Assembly (NCBI GenBank): GCA_963668625.2
Contig: CAXXKA010000010.1
Coordinates: 414,218-478,217 of the forward strand
Source of the DNA: an uncultured candidate division Zixibacteria bacterium
GTDB taxonomy: Bacteria; Zixibacteria; MSB-5A5; UBA10806; 4484-95
DNA: 64,000 nt
Reading direction: 5' to 3'
The position numbers were made by a program, and so were the translations under genes. Under the pieces are notes generated by a model. It did no database searches, had not been told where the DNA came from, and saw only the letters and a list, made by a program, of their open reading frames with translations. The first letter of the stretch is position 1. The number at the start of each line of letters is the position of its first letter. Positions 39,016 through 49,610 of the stretch are shown here, in pieces.

Positions 39016-42000
39016 AAAACTTCTGCGCGTACTATATATCGAGGATGACCCTCATCAGCGGAAAGAGTTGAGTCATTTCCTGCGTGCTAAAAAATTCAGA
39101 GTAACGGTAGCCGCCTCCGGTAAAGTAGGATTGAAATATTTTGTAAGTCGTTCCTTCGACGCCATCCTGTGTGATTTGAATATGCCGAATATTAACGGTC
39201 TCAAGGTTCTCGAGAAAGTGCGTTCGGTCAATGAATCTATCCCGTTCATTCTGCTTACCGCTCATGGCACGATTTCACTGGCTGTGAAAGCGATCAAACA
39301 GGGAGCGGATCATTTTATCCATAAGCCGGCTCCTCATGATGAAATAACGGTCACTCTCAAGCAACTGATAGACAGGTCGCGTTTGATGCGCCGACTCCAG
39401 GATTCGGAACGCACGCTTAAACTGGTGTCGGATAACCTGCCGGACGTTATCTACTCCCTGAATGCAAAAGGTGAATTTACCAGCCTGAGTAAAGGCGTGG
39501 AGCAATCACTGAAGTACAAACCCTCGGAGTTGCTGGGAACATCGGTGTTCGATGTAATTCATCCAGATGATAGAAAACGTGTGCTGAACGGATACACTGA
39601 TTCGATCAAGAGCGGTGATGGGAAAACCAGGACGCTCCAATTCAGGATGATCTCCAGGAACGGCGAGTCGCGCTATTATGAGATATCGCGAAAGCTGGTG
39701 TTCGAAAACGGTAAAGCCGTGCGCAGTGATGGTATTGCCAGGGATATAACCGAGCGAATCAAACTGGAAAACCAACTTCGGGAATATTCTCAACAACTGG
39801 AAAAGAAAGTCGAGGAACGAACTAAGAGACTTTCCCGCGCCAACCGTCAACTGGCCGAGTTGAACAAGATTTCCAATCGGTTCAGTGAAATTTACGATCA
39901 ACAGAAGATCTACGACCTGGCGCCGAAAATGCTGATTAAATCTCTCGATTTCAGCCGGGCTTATTTGGCAATCAAACTAGAAAACAATCTGGAGATCATC
40001 TCGTATTGCTGCCATCAGAATATGACCGCCGGTTTGATCAAGTATATCGAGGATGTCAAAAAGGGAAAGATAAAACTTCCGCCCCATTTTAAAAGATGTT
40101 TCAAGAATAAGAAAACGGCGTTCATCCCGGATTTGAAAGCCGAAAAAAGCTGGCCCAAAAAACCGACTTATCTGGCGCGTGCTAAGTCGATGGTCATCGC
40201 GCCATTGGTTATTGAAAACGAAGCTGTTGGATTGATAGTCGGATTCAAGGATGATGAAAGCGAATCGCTGGACAACCAGGATGTTCAACGTTTCGAGATG
40301 TATGCCAAAATCGTGAGTTTCGCTTTAAGTAATATCCGAGCTTACCAATCACTCGAGCGCAAAGTTGAGGAACGTACAAAATCCTTGAGAGATGCCAACG
40401 AGCAATTACGGAAAAAAACCGATGAGATCGATTACAGTCGAATAGAGCTGGCAAAAGCTAACGTGGAATTATTAAGCGTTCAGGAACAGCTCGAGGCGAA
40501 AAACGATGAGATGAAGAAAATCCTGGATGAGCTATCCCGGAAGCATCGCGAACTACAGATAGTGGTGGATTCCGCGCCGGAGGTTATTCTTCTGGTAAAT
40601 AACGAAAACGTCGTTCAACTGGTAAATAAGGCGGTGCGAGAGTTTTTCGGCCTGGATAAAACAGAAGTAGTGGGCATAGATTTCAATTTATTCATCGAAA
40701 GAATAAGTAAGAATTTCAGCGATGAAGCGAAATTCTTAAAAATCATCGAAACGCTTATCGGGCGCCCGGATAATCTGGAAACATTCGATATAACCGAACT
40801 TCAAAAAAGAAGCTTGAAATGTATTGGCGACAATCCTCAATTATTCGCCCCTACCGTAATTGCCATCAAGGATGAAAAAGGCGCGGAGGTCGGTCGATTG
40901 TGGGATTTCGTGAATATAACGAAATTTATCGAAGCCGAGCAAAGAGTAAAAGCTATTGTCAACACCTCGCCCATCCCAACCATTATCAGTAAGATAGATT
41001 CCGGCAAGGTGCTCTACGCCAACGAGCATCTGGCAAAACTGGTAGGTATGAACCGCTCTGATGTGGTAGGGCATTCGACTACCGAGTTTTATTTCGATAC
41101 CAATGACAGGGACAAAGTGATCGAAGGCCTTAAGCGAAACGGTTATGTGCGCAATATCGAGATCAGATTGAAACGCATCGACGGTACCCCTGTCTGGACT
41201 ATTTTTTCGCTTGTAGTTACCGAGATATCCGGGGAGAAAGTCATACTGGGCGGTATTTACGATATAAGCCAGCAAAAAGAAGTGGAAGCGGCGCTGATTT
41301 CCGAACGTAATTTCGTAACTGCGATTCTGGATACTACCAGTTCACTCGTGGTGGTACTCGACAGGGAAGGACGGGTAGTACGATTCAATCGCGCTTGTGA
41401 GGAGATTACCGGGTATAAATCTTACGAGATAAAAGACCTCGTATTTTGGAAGACATTAATCATACCAGATGAAATAGATTTAGTGAAAGCACGTTTCAAC
41501 AGCATGATTAACGGCGAGTTCCCGATTCAGGGGGAGAACTACTGGCTTACCCGTACCGGGGAGAAGCGATTGATATCCTGGTCTAACACCGCCCTGCTCG
41601 ATTCCGAAGGCGAGGTTACCTATATAGTCGCAACCGGCATAGATATAACCGAGCAGCGACAGGCGCAGCAAGATCTGAAGCGGGCATATGAAAACCTGGC
41701 CCAGGCCAATGATAATCTGACTCTGTATAAAGAGATATTCATGAACACCAACGATGGCATCATGATCATGAATAACGAGGCGATCGTGCTCGAACGCAAC
41801 CCTGTGCAGGGAGAACACTCGGGTGTCAGTGATGACGAATTGATCGGTAAGAAACCGTCCTTCATGATAGGCGATAAAAAGTTCGAGGATATTTTCGCGT
41901 CGGCGGTCAAAACCGGAAGCTATCGCGGCGAGCTGGATTTCAAACGTCGCGACGGAGTACGAAAGATTGTTGACCTGATGGTGTTTCCTTTGAAAAACGA

Positions 42001-43798
42001 ACGAGGTGAGATCAATTATTATGTAGGCATGGGCAGGGATATCTCCGAACGGAAAGCCGCCGAGAGGGCTATCGCTCAACGTCTGAAATACGAGGAAGGG
42101 CTGGCGAACTGTTCCCAGGCACTCCTGACCGGCGATGATCCCGGGCGAGCAATCGACCAGGCTCTGAGTTACCTGATGAAGGCCACCGATGTCAGCCGGG
42201 TGTATATATTCGAAAATTTCGAGCATGAGGAGAAAGGCCTGTGCGCTCGAATGATTCACGAGGTCACGCTCGAAGAAGAGGAACCGCGGCTGGAAAACCC
42301 GCTATTGCAGAGGCTGCCTTACGGAATAGCTTTGCCTTTCTGGCAGAAATTTTTAGAGATGGGCGACCCGGTTGGATTTACTATAGATGACATACCCGAT
42401 AAGAGCAGAGAGCTACTGGAGAGTTTTGGAGTCTATTCGATGGCGGCTATCCCAATTACCGTAGATGGTAAATGGTACGGTTTCCTGGGATTCGATGATA
42501 CCAGGGTGAAACGCGAATGGGGAGATGACGATTTACGAACTCTTCAAACCGCCGGCGAGATGATAGGCATACATATCGAAAGAAGACGGTTCGAAGAGGC
42601 GTTAAGTGTCAGTGAGGAGAGGTTCAGGACGCTCGTAGAAAACGCCAATGACATAATCTATTCCACCGATGAGCATAATGTCATAACATACGTATCACCG
42701 ACCGTAAAAGAGGTACTCGGTTATGAACCCGAGGAGATGATAGGTATCAGCGCCGAATCGCTGTTGCATGAGACAGACCGCGAGACATCCGAGATATTCT
42801 ATAAAACAGGTGAATTCAAACAACGCGAGCGATGGTCCGGGTATCGATTCAGGATGATGCATAAAAACGGCGGCTACAAGTGGTTCGTATCCAACGCCTC
42901 GGTGTTGTTCAATGATGACGGCCAGGTTAGAGAGATTATCGGCGTAGCCCACGATATAACCGAGATACAAAAGTTACTCGAGGCTCTGGAAAAAGCAAAC
43001 GAGGAAATTAAATCCGCCCAGTTGCAGCTAATTCAATCGGAGAAAATGGCCTCGCTGGGTATGCTGGTCGCAGGTATCGCGCATGAGATCAACACCCCTA
43101 TAGGCGCGACCTCCAGCATGCACAATACGGCGGTAAGAGCGCAGGAGAAACTTCAGAAATATCTCAAAGAGAAATTCAAGGATGATATAGATAAAGATGA
43201 GATCCTTCAAAAAATATTCAGGATAATCGATGAGGCCAATAAGATAATCGAATCCGGCGCGGGACGGGTTACAAATATCGTGAGGCGTTTGAAATCGTTT
43301 GCCCGCCTGGATGAGGCCGAGTTACAAACCGTGAATATCCGTGATGGCCTGGAGGACACGCTTACGCTTATTCATCACGAAATCAAACATGATATATCGG
43401 TAATTAAGGAATTCAGCGAATTACCGGAGATTGCATGTTTTCCCGGTCAGCTTAACCAGGTATTTCTGAACCTTCTGGTGAATGCTTCGCAGGCAATCAC
43501 GGGAAAAGGGACAATAACGATACGCACCTATCTGAAAAACGACAGGGTGTACGTTGAGCTCTCCGATACCGGCTCAGGAATAAAGCCGGAAAACATGAGT
43601 AAGATATTCGATCCCGGTTTTACAACTAAAGGGGTTGGCGTGGGAACCGGACTTGGGCTTTCGATTTGCTTTAAAATTATCCAAACTCATAGGGGAAAGA
43701 TTACCGCCTCCAGCAAGATTGGACAGGGAACGACTTTTAAAATAGAACTGCCGACTAATCTCGAAAAATTGCTCGAGAAAAGAAACAATGATGATTAA
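39002..43798 (+). CDS. Cytoplasmic hybrid kinase: REC, multiple PAS, two GAF, HisKA-HATPase
   Basis: N-terminal IEDD...CDLNMP...LTAHG...KP receiver; several PAS/PAC (DITE/DISE) motifs; GAF segments; AHEINTP and GTGLGL. Confidence 0.92.
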   Translation: MVIDKKLLRVLYIEDDPHQRKELSHFLRAKKFRVTVAASGKVGLKYFVSRSFDAILCDLNMPNINGLKVLEKVRSVNESIPFILLTAHGTISLAVKAIKQGADHFIHKPAPHDEITVTLKQLIDRSRLMRRLQDSERTLKLVSDNLPDVIYSLNAKGEFTSLSKGVEQSLKYKPSELLGTSVFDVIHPDDRKRVLNGYTDSIKSGDGKTRTLQFRMISRNGESRYYEISRKLVFENGKAVRSDGIARDITERIKLENQLREYSQQLEKKVEERTKRLSRANRQLAELNKISNRFSEIYDQQKIYDLAPKMLIKSLDFSRAYLAIKLENNLEIISYCCHQNMTAGLIKYIEDVKKGKIKLPPHFKRCFKNKKTAFIPDLKAEKSWPKKPTYLARAKSMVIAPLVIENEAVGLIVGFKDDESESLDNQDVQRFEMYAKIVSFALSNIRAYQSLERKVEERTKSLRDANEQLRKKTDEIDYSRIELAKANVELLSVQEQLEAKNDEMKKILDELSRKHRELQIVVDSAPEVILLVNNENVVQLVNKAVREFFGLDKTEVVGIDFNLFIERISKNFSDEAKFLKIIETLIGRPDNLETFDITELQKRSLKCIGDNPQLFAPTVIAIKDEKGAEVGRLWDFVNITKFIEAEQRVKAIVNTSPIPTIISKIDSGKVLYANEHLAKLVGMNRSDVVGHSTTEFYFDTNDRDKVIEGLKRNGYVRNIEIRLKRIDGTPVWTIFSLVVTEISGEKVILGGIYDISQQKEVEAALISERNFVTAILDTTSSLVVVLDREGRVVRFNRACEEITGYKSYEIKDLVFWKTLIIPDEIDLVKARFNSMINGEFPIQGENYWLTRTGEKRLISWSNTALLDSEGEVTYIVATGIDITEQRQAQQDLKRAYENLAQANDNLTLYKEIFMNTNDGIMIMNNEAIVLERNPVQGEHSGVSDDELIGKKPSFMIGDKKFEDIFASAVKTGSYRGELDFKRRDGVRKIVDLMVFPLKNERGEINYYVGMGRDISERKAAERAIAQRLKYEEGLANCSQALLTGDDPGRAIDQALSYLMKATDVSRVYIFENFEHEEKGLCARMIHEVTLEEEEPRLENPLLQRLPYGIALPFWQKFLEMGDPVGFTIDDIPDKSRELLESFGVYSMAAIPITVDGKWYGFLGFDDTRVKREWGDDDLRTLQTAGEMIGIHIERRRFEEALSVSEERFRTLVENANDIIYSTDEHNVITYVSPTVKEVLGYEPEEMIGISAESLLHETDRETSEIFYKTGEFKQRERWSGYRFRMMHKNGGYKWFVSNASVLFNDDGQVREIIGVAHDITEIQKLLEALEKANEEIKSAQLQLIQSEKMASLGMLVAGIAHEINTPIGATSSMHNTAVRAQEKLQKYLKEKFKDDIDKDEILQKIFRIIDEANKIIESGAGRVTNIVRRLKSFARLDEAELQTVNIRDGLEDTLTLIHHEIKHDISVIKEFSELPEIACFPGQLNQVFLNLLVNASQAITGKGTITIRTYLKNDRVYVELSDTGSGIKPENMSKIFDPGFTTKGVGVGTGLGLSICFKIIQTHRGKITASSKIGQGTTFKIELPTNLEKLLEKRNNDD

Positions 43799-43892
43799 TA
43801 TTGATTTTAATCGATTGAAAATAATTAAACGATTCACTGTGTTCGAATCAAAATAACGTGTTGATCCGAGTTTTTATTCAGGGGAGATTCTT

Positions 43893-45239
43893 TTGAGGAG
43901 TTTCGATAGACGAAAAGTTTTTAATTCAACTATGATTACATGTTTATTGACGGCGATAGCGGTTATTTTTCTTTACCAGCCTCCGGTATCTGCCGCCGGC
44001 GTACGAGATAATGATGGCTTCGATGACATGGATAGCGATTCCACCGGGCAAATCGAGTATCCCGAGCGTATGAAAGACAGGGAGACATGGGAGTGGATAT
44101 TGTCCTCTCCGGGGCTGTTGATCAATTTACCGTTCGCGATTACGCTTAAAGTTACCGAGAAAGTAGTCTCGACCGTTTATCAGCCCCGGATGGTTGGCTG
44201 GATGTACGATTTGACCACCTCCGATGACAGCACACGCGCGATTCGACCGGCTTACAGTTCACGAAGCGGACTGGGTATCAAGATATATCAGAAAGAGATG
44301 TTGAATGAGGAATCGAAAATCGAGCTGTCGGCCAAAGCTGGTTTTTACAATCGCCAGAAATACCGGTTGTCGTTCGAGGATTTTCGAATCGCAGACACGG
44401 ATTTCTTCACCGATTTCAGCGCCGGTTACAGATTTCTGCATAACCAGGAGTTCTACGGAATCGGGCCCGACAGCAGGAAGTCCGATCAGACGGATCATGC
44501 CCTCGAACGCTGGTGGTTGTACTGGGATTTGCGATACAGGTTGTCGGAACGCCTGAAATATTCGGTCGGATTGACATTCGAGCATACGAACATTCTTCAA
44601 CGCGTGGGCAACCATGAAGCCCCTGCGACTATAGAGGTATACGACGCCTCGACCTTGCCGGGATTGGAAAACGAGGTTCGTATCCTCGGTTATACTACCG
44701 GGTTGGAGTACGATTCGCGCAACTCGATCGGCGGTCCCCGGCGGGGTCAACGTATAAGACTGAACTCCGGCATATACGAGCAGGTCGGGGATGATAGATA
44801 CGAATTTTGGAAAATCAATGGCGAGATTCGTCAATACATACATCTATTCGCAGGCAGGGTAATTCAACTCCGGCTTGACTGCGAGATAAACGAACCCATT
44901 TCCGATAAAGAGATTCCTTTCTACTACCTGGGCGAGCTTGGTTGGATGGAAACCATTCGGGGATATCCGCGCGGCAGGTTCTGGGACAAGGATATGCTAT
45001 TAGGTTCGATAGAGTATCGTTGGCCGATCTGGCACCGGCTGGAGACGACAATCGATGCTTTTCTATTCTACGATTTCGGCCAGGTGGCTAACGATATTTT
45101 CAGAAATTTGGAGGCGGATGATATCCAGCATGGATTCGGCGGTGGGTTCAGGGTATGGAACGATGAGACGGAATCATTATACCTGGTATTCGCCGGAAGT
45201 AATGAGGATTTCCGGGTTTTCCTCGGGTACAATAAATAA
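43893..45239 (+). CDS. Omp85 (BamA/TamA-family) outer-membrane beta-barrel without POTRA domains
   Basis: Signal peptide; YDSRN...P..G, LG...IRGYPRGRF.D, EYRWP, FYDFG.V and GFGGGFR motifs. Confidence 0.85.
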   Translation: MRSFDRRKVFNSTMITCLLTAIAVIFLYQPPVSAAGVRDNDGFDDMDSDSTGQIEYPERMKDRETWEWILSSPGLLINLPFAITLKVTEKVVSTVYQPRMVGWMYDLTTSDDSTRAIRPAYSSRSGLGIKIYQKEMLNEESKIELSAKAGFYNRQKYRLSFEDFRIADTDFFTDFSAGYRFLHNQEFYGIGPDSRKSDQTDHALERWWLYWDLRYRLSERLKYSVGLTFEHTNILQRVGNHEAPATIEVYDASTLPGLENEVRILGYTTGLEYDSRNSIGGPRRGQRIRLNSGIYEQVGDDRYEFWKINGEIRQYIHLFAGRVIQLRLDCEINEPISDKEIPFYYLGELGWMETIRGYPRGRFWDKDMLLGSIEYRWPIWHRLETTIDAFLFYDFGQVANDIFRNLEADDIQHGFGGGFRVWNDETESLYLVFAGSNEDFRVFLGYNK

Positions 45240-45249
45240 GCAGGGTGTT

Positions 45250-46953
45250 ATGATGATTAATACGAAAAAAGTACCGGGTTTGATATGCCTGATATCGATA
45301 ATAATTTTTTCTGCGTGCGGCGGACATCGCGCATTCGTACCGTCACCGGTTATACCCGATGACCGTCAGCATATACCGGAGCCCGAGGAATACGAATACA
45401 GCGAGGTTGCCGACGCTTTCGATATGCTTATCTCCAACCAGTTGGAACAGTCACTCGATTTGTCCCGTCAGTTTAGACATCTTACCAATGATCGCAAGCA
45501 GGCTTATAACGTCAATGCTTTCGATGAGGTTCCGAACTCGAGCTGGTTTACCAATAGAAACGCCGCCCGCCAGATGAGTATAGCGGAACTTCGACGCGGG
45601 CCTGATACGGGAGACGGCCCCGACACGACCGGCAAATGGACTGTCACCCGAGCCAAGGTCGAGGGTGTTACGCCGGGCTTTCATATCAAGGACAAGCGCG
45701 GTGACCGCTACCTTATCAAATTCGATCCCAAAGGTTACCCCGAGTTAGCGACCGGGGCGGAGGTAGTTTCTACCAAACTGTTTTATGCGATGGGCTATTT
45801 CACACCTGAAAATTATATATCTTACTTCTATCCCGAAAGCCTCATGGTGGGGGATAAAGTGAAATTCACCGACGCCAACGGCAAAAAACGATTCATGTCC
45901 GAGCAAGATTTAAAAGACCTTATCTCACGTATAGAGGTTGGTGTCGATGGCAGGGTGCGAGTCGTTGCCAGCAAATATATTATCGGTGTAGCCAAAGGGC
46001 CGTTTACTTACGAGGGGGTGCGCAAGGATGATCCGAACGATTTCATTCCGCATCAACATAGGAGAGAGCTTAGAGCGCTGTATGTTACGACCTCGTGGCT
46101 TAACCATACCGATACGAAAGCCGGTAACTCGTTCGATAGCTATATAACCGAAGATGGCAAAAGTTATATCCGTCACTACCTGATCGATTTCGGCACGACA
46201 TTCGGCAGCGCCGCTCGTGGGCCGTCCGCTGGCAAAATCGGGCATGAAAACTCTATCGATCCTCATATGTTGTTGACGAGAACATTTGCCCTGGGATTGT
46301 ACTATCCCGATTACGATAAATATGACGATGTAAAATACAATTCCATCGGTCTGTTCGGCTCGGAGTTGTTCGATCCGGGACATTACAAGCCGCTAATTCC
46401 GAATCCGGCGTTCGAGAATAAAACCAATCGCGATTGCTACTGGGGAGCCAGGCTAGTAATGTCGTTCACCGATCATCAACTCGAGGAGATCGTCAAGGAG
46501 GGGCAGTACTCCGATCCTGCCGCCGAGGCGTATCTTCTGAAAGTGCTTAAAGAGCGACGCGATAAAATAGGCCGTTACTGGTATGCGCGAGTTAATCCCC
46601 TTGACTATTTCCGACTGATGAGAATAAGGGGAAGCTGGCATCTTTGTTTCGAGGATATGATGGTGCTGGGTAATCTCGAGGAATCGAAGGATACTAAATA
46701 CCGTGTCGTGTTCGAGCCTCATGGCGACAAGGTAGAATCGGAGACTGATAAAAGACGTATCGATTTGAAAGACCAACACGCGGTCTTTTTGAGTCATGCG
46801 GATGACGCAAGTTTTTTTGATAAATTCCCCGTTGGCGAAGTAACGATTTATACTTTCAGGAATTCAACCGGGAACTGGAGTAAATGGCTGAAAGTATATA
46901 TTCAGTACGATAAGGAATCAGCCAAAATTATGGGAATCGAAAGGCAAGAATAG
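45250..46953 (+). CDS. Lipoprotein with atypical protein-kinase-like (CotH/HipA/PI3K-like) motifs
   Basis: ORF track gives 45055; likely start is ATG 45250/45253. Lipobox FSAC; YLIKFD (Lys), AEVV (Glu), HTDTKAGN (catalytic loop) and YLIDFG. Confidence 0.7.
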   Translation: MMINTKKVPGLICLISIIIFSACGGHRAFVPSPVIPDDRQHIPEPEEYEYSEVADAFDMLISNQLEQSLDLSRQFRHLTNDRKQAYNVNAFDEVPNSSWFTNRNAARQMSIAELRRGPDTGDGPDTTGKWTVTRAKVEGVTPGFHIKDKRGDRYLIKFDPKGYPELATGAEVVSTKLFYAMGYFTPENYISYFYPESLMVGDKVKFTDANGKKRFMSEQDLKDLISRIEVGVDGRVRVVASKYIIGVAKGPFTYEGVRKDDPNDFIPHQHRRELRALYVTTSWLNHTDTKAGNSFDSYITEDGKSYIRHYLIDFGTTFGSAARGPSAGKIGHENSIDPHMLLTRTFALGLYYPDYDKYDDVKYNSIGLFGSELFDPGHYKPLIPNPAFENKTNRDCYWGARLVMSFTDHQLEEIVKEGQYSDPAAEAYLLKVLKERRDKIGRYWYARVNPLDYFRLMRIRGSWHLCFEDMMVLGNLEESKDTKYRVVFEPHGDKVESETDKRRIDLKDQHAVFLSHADDASFFDKFPVGEVTIYTFRNSTGNWSKWLKVYIQYDKESAKIMGIERQE

Positions 46954-46960
46954 TAACTAA

Positions 46961-48214
46961 ATGTTATTCAAAAAAATATTAACCTGCCTGATAGTAACCG
47001 CATTACTTTTAAATTTAAGCTGCGCTACCAAAGGACTGGTAAGCGAAAAGTACGATGAATCTTTTTATCGGGTAAAAAAGCTTCTGCCGGATACGAAATT
47101 CGAGGAAAATGAGCCATTCATCGTCATAAGCGATAATCAGGCCGCGTTCCGTGGCTATCATATGGCCCTTTCTAAAGACCGCTGGACCAGCCCGTGGATG
47201 CTGGCCGTACCGTTCTATCAACTGTATCTTTTGGGGAATGGCGCTGTTGGCGTGCTCAACTTTCTCCGTCACAAGCCGGATTACGGGCATAATAACCGTC
47301 TTATGGTACGGGATGCTATTTACGAAGCCGCCGGGCAAACCGATGCCGCGTTCATCCTGGATATCGGCGATATAGCCGCTCATGACGGCCGTCGTCCGGA
47401 GCACTGGAAAATGTTTCTCGATGATTACCACGCCGATCATCCTATCTTAAAGGAGATACCGTTTCTGCCGGTAATCGGTAATCATGATAGCGCCAACGAT
47501 ACGACTTATGGCTGGCCGAATTATCATGCCATATTCGGATACCCTCGTTTCTATACGGTAGAGTTTCCCGATGGTGTCATATTCATACTCGATTCGAATT
47601 TCATCATCGACCAGCGCGATAAATTGGATGATGATTATCAGGATGAGTTGTTCAGCAAGTGGTTTGTCTCGCAAGATTCCGCAAATAAATCATGGCTGGA
47701 GAATCGATTAGCACAGTATAAAGACAAATCTTTTAAGATAGTTGCCATGCATCACCCTCTGTTTTCGTTTAATAAGCACCATCACGACTGGTACGATCCG
47801 GGTAATGGTAATACTCTTCTCGAAAAGAGAAAAAAGCTCGTGGACTTGTTCGAACGCTATGAAATTCAACTTGTACTGTCAGGTCATGACCATCTCTACC
47901 AGCATAACCTGCTGAAATACGATAATCATGAGATGCATTTCATTGTCGGCGGTGGCGGAGGAGGAGCGCTTCGCAGCCTGGCAAAGGATGATAATATATC
48001 CGAGTATAGTAAACAATTCTCCGATCAGGGATTCGATATCGTGCAATTGAAGCAGCAAAAAATGTATCATTATTTCGAGATAAATTTTGACAAACGACGA
48101 TTGAAACTGGATATTTACGAGGTAACCGGGAATAACGGCAATCAACCGAAACTGGCGGATCGAATCGTAATAGACGACGATGCAATACCGGAAATGAACG
48201 AGGTCGGCAAATAA
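46961..48214 (+). CDS. Lipoprotein calcineurin-like metallophosphoesterase (purple acid phosphatase-like)
   Basis: Lipobox NLSC; motifs SDNQ, GDIA, GNHD, MHHP and SGHDH. Confidence 0.88.
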   Translation: MLFKKILTCLIVTALLLNLSCATKGLVSEKYDESFYRVKKLLPDTKFEENEPFIVISDNQAAFRGYHMALSKDRWTSPWMLAVPFYQLYLLGNGAVGVLNFLRHKPDYGHNNRLMVRDAIYEAAGQTDAAFILDIGDIAAHDGRRPEHWKMFLDDYHADHPILKEIPFLPVIGNHDSANDTTYGWPNYHAIFGYPRFYTVEFPDGVIFILDSNFIIDQRDKLDDDYQDELFSKWFVSQDSANKSWLENRLAQYKDKSFKIVAMHHPLFSFNKHHHDWYDPGNGNTLLEKRKKLVDLFERYEIQLVLSGHDHLYQHNLLKYDNHEMHFIVGGGGGGALRSLAKDDNISEYSKQFSDQGFDIVQLKQQKMYHYFEINFDKRRLKLDIYEVTGNNGNQPKLADRIVIDDDAIPEMNEVGK

Positions 48215-49524
48215 TGGCCAATCCTTTTAAAGCCGTGATGAATATCAAGCGCGAGGAATTTCCGCTTGCGTTATTGATGTTTTTCTACTTTTTCCTGGTT
48301 ATAACCAGCTTCTGGATTTTAAAGCCAATAAAGAAGACATTATTTATCGGGTATTACAAGGCCGGGGGATTCGATTTATTCGGCTGGCTGATGAGCGCCT
48401 CGCAGGCGGAGCTTCTGGCAAAAGTGCTTAATATGATCGTAGCCTTAATCGCGGTGGCTGTGTTTACCTGGCTTACCCGACGGTTTCGCCGTCAGCAGTT
48501 AAGTATTATATTCAGTGGATTTTTCATGATTTGCTACGCGCTTTACAGTTTGATTATCAATGCTCCCTCCGATATTACGGTCTGGTCATTCTATCTGTTC
48601 GGTGATCTTTTCTCCACCTTGATGGTGGCTACTTTCTTCGCGTTCGTCAACGATAGCGTGACTCCCGAGAAGGCCAAGAGGATGTACGGCTTGATCGGTT
48701 TGGGGGGAGTCGTAGGCGGCGCGTTCGGTAGTTCGGTAGTGCGGGTATGGATCGATCAGCTTTCGAATGCCGCCTGGTTGTGGGTAACCTTCGGTATAGC
48801 TATATTGATAATCGTTGTCGCTTTTCTCGCCGGAAAACTGGTAGCCAAGGATCCACCGCCGGAGATTATCCGTATTGATGAAAAGAGCGATGAATCGAAA
48901 GCCGGCGCGGCAATAGAAGGCGCGAAATTGGTGTTCAAGTCCTCGTACCTTCTGGCTATCGTGGGTATTGTCGGCCTGTACGAGATAGTCTCGACCGTGC
49001 TGGATTTCCAGTTCACGGCTACGATCGAACATTTCGTGGCCGGCGAGGATATCGGGCGACATTTTTCGACTGTATTTACCATTACTAATTTCGTGGCTAT
49101 GTTCGTTCAGTTATTTCTCACCAGTTTCATCATGACCAGATTCGGTGTGAAAACCGCCCTGTATATATTGCCCTCGGTGATGCTTATCGCCTCGGGATTT
49201 TACCTGGCCTTGCCGATTCTCTGGGTTGGCTCTTTCTTGAATACCGCGGATAACGGTTTCGCCTATTCGATCAACCAGTCCTCCAAGGAGGCGTTGTACG
49301 TGCCTACCACCAGAGATGAGAAATATAAAGCGAAAGCTTTTATCGACATGTTCGTACAACGGTTTGCCAAGGCTCTGGCGGTCGGTGTTAGTCTGCTTAT
49401 AACCACGATATTCACGGATTTCTCGAGTATACGCTGGTTATCGCTGTTTACGATAATAATCGTAGTCGTCTGGTTTTACGCGGTCAGGGTTGCAGGTAAT
49501 AAATTCGAAGAGATGGCCGGCTAA
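48214..49524 (+). CDS. NTT/Tlc (Npt1/Npt2)-family nucleotide transporter homologue, MFS fold
   Basis: ILKPIK..LF, F.AFVND...E.AKRMYG.IG, YSINQSSKEALY.P...KYKAKAFID.FV.RF motifs; start overlaps the upstream stop (TAATG). Confidence 0.85.
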   Translation: MANPFKAVMNIKREEFPLALLMFFYFFLVITSFWILKPIKKTLFIGYYKAGGFDLFGWLMSASQAELLAKVLNMIVALIAVAVFTWLTRRFRRQQLSIIFSGFFMICYALYSLIINAPSDITVWSFYLFGDLFSTLMVATFFAFVNDSVTPEKAKRMYGLIGLGGVVGGAFGSSVVRVWIDQLSNAAWLWVTFGIAILIIVVAFLAGKLVAKDPPPEIIRIDEKSDESKAGAAIEGAKLVFKSSYLLAIVGIVGLYEIVSTVLDFQFTATIEHFVAGEDIGRHFSTVFTITNFVAMFVQLFLTSFIMTRFGVKTALYILPSVMLIASGFYLALPILWVGSFLNTADNGFAYSINQSSKEALYVPTTRDEKYKAKAFIDMFVQRFAKALAVGVSLLITTIFTDFSSIRWLSLFTIIIVVVWFYAVRVAGNKFEEMAG

Positions 49525-49610
49525 AAAATCGTTTTGTTTGCTTTCGATAAAACATATAATATCACTATAAAAAACTATTCGTGCCGGCTGATCGATAAGG
49601 ATGATATTAG

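Noticed and set aside
41480-42259. Long antisense ORFs (this one, also 20846..21577, 44259..44843, 57006..57557 and similar)
   Set aside because: They are shadow frames lying entirely within well-supported genes on the opposite strand and have no motifs.
43893-45239. Housekeeping BamA
   Set aside because: Only 448 aa, no POTRA domains, and no skp/lpx context.
45055-45249. N-terminal extension of the kinase-like ORF
   Set aside because: It overlaps the Omp85 gene by 185 bp, and the lipoprotein signal begins at ATG 45250/45253.
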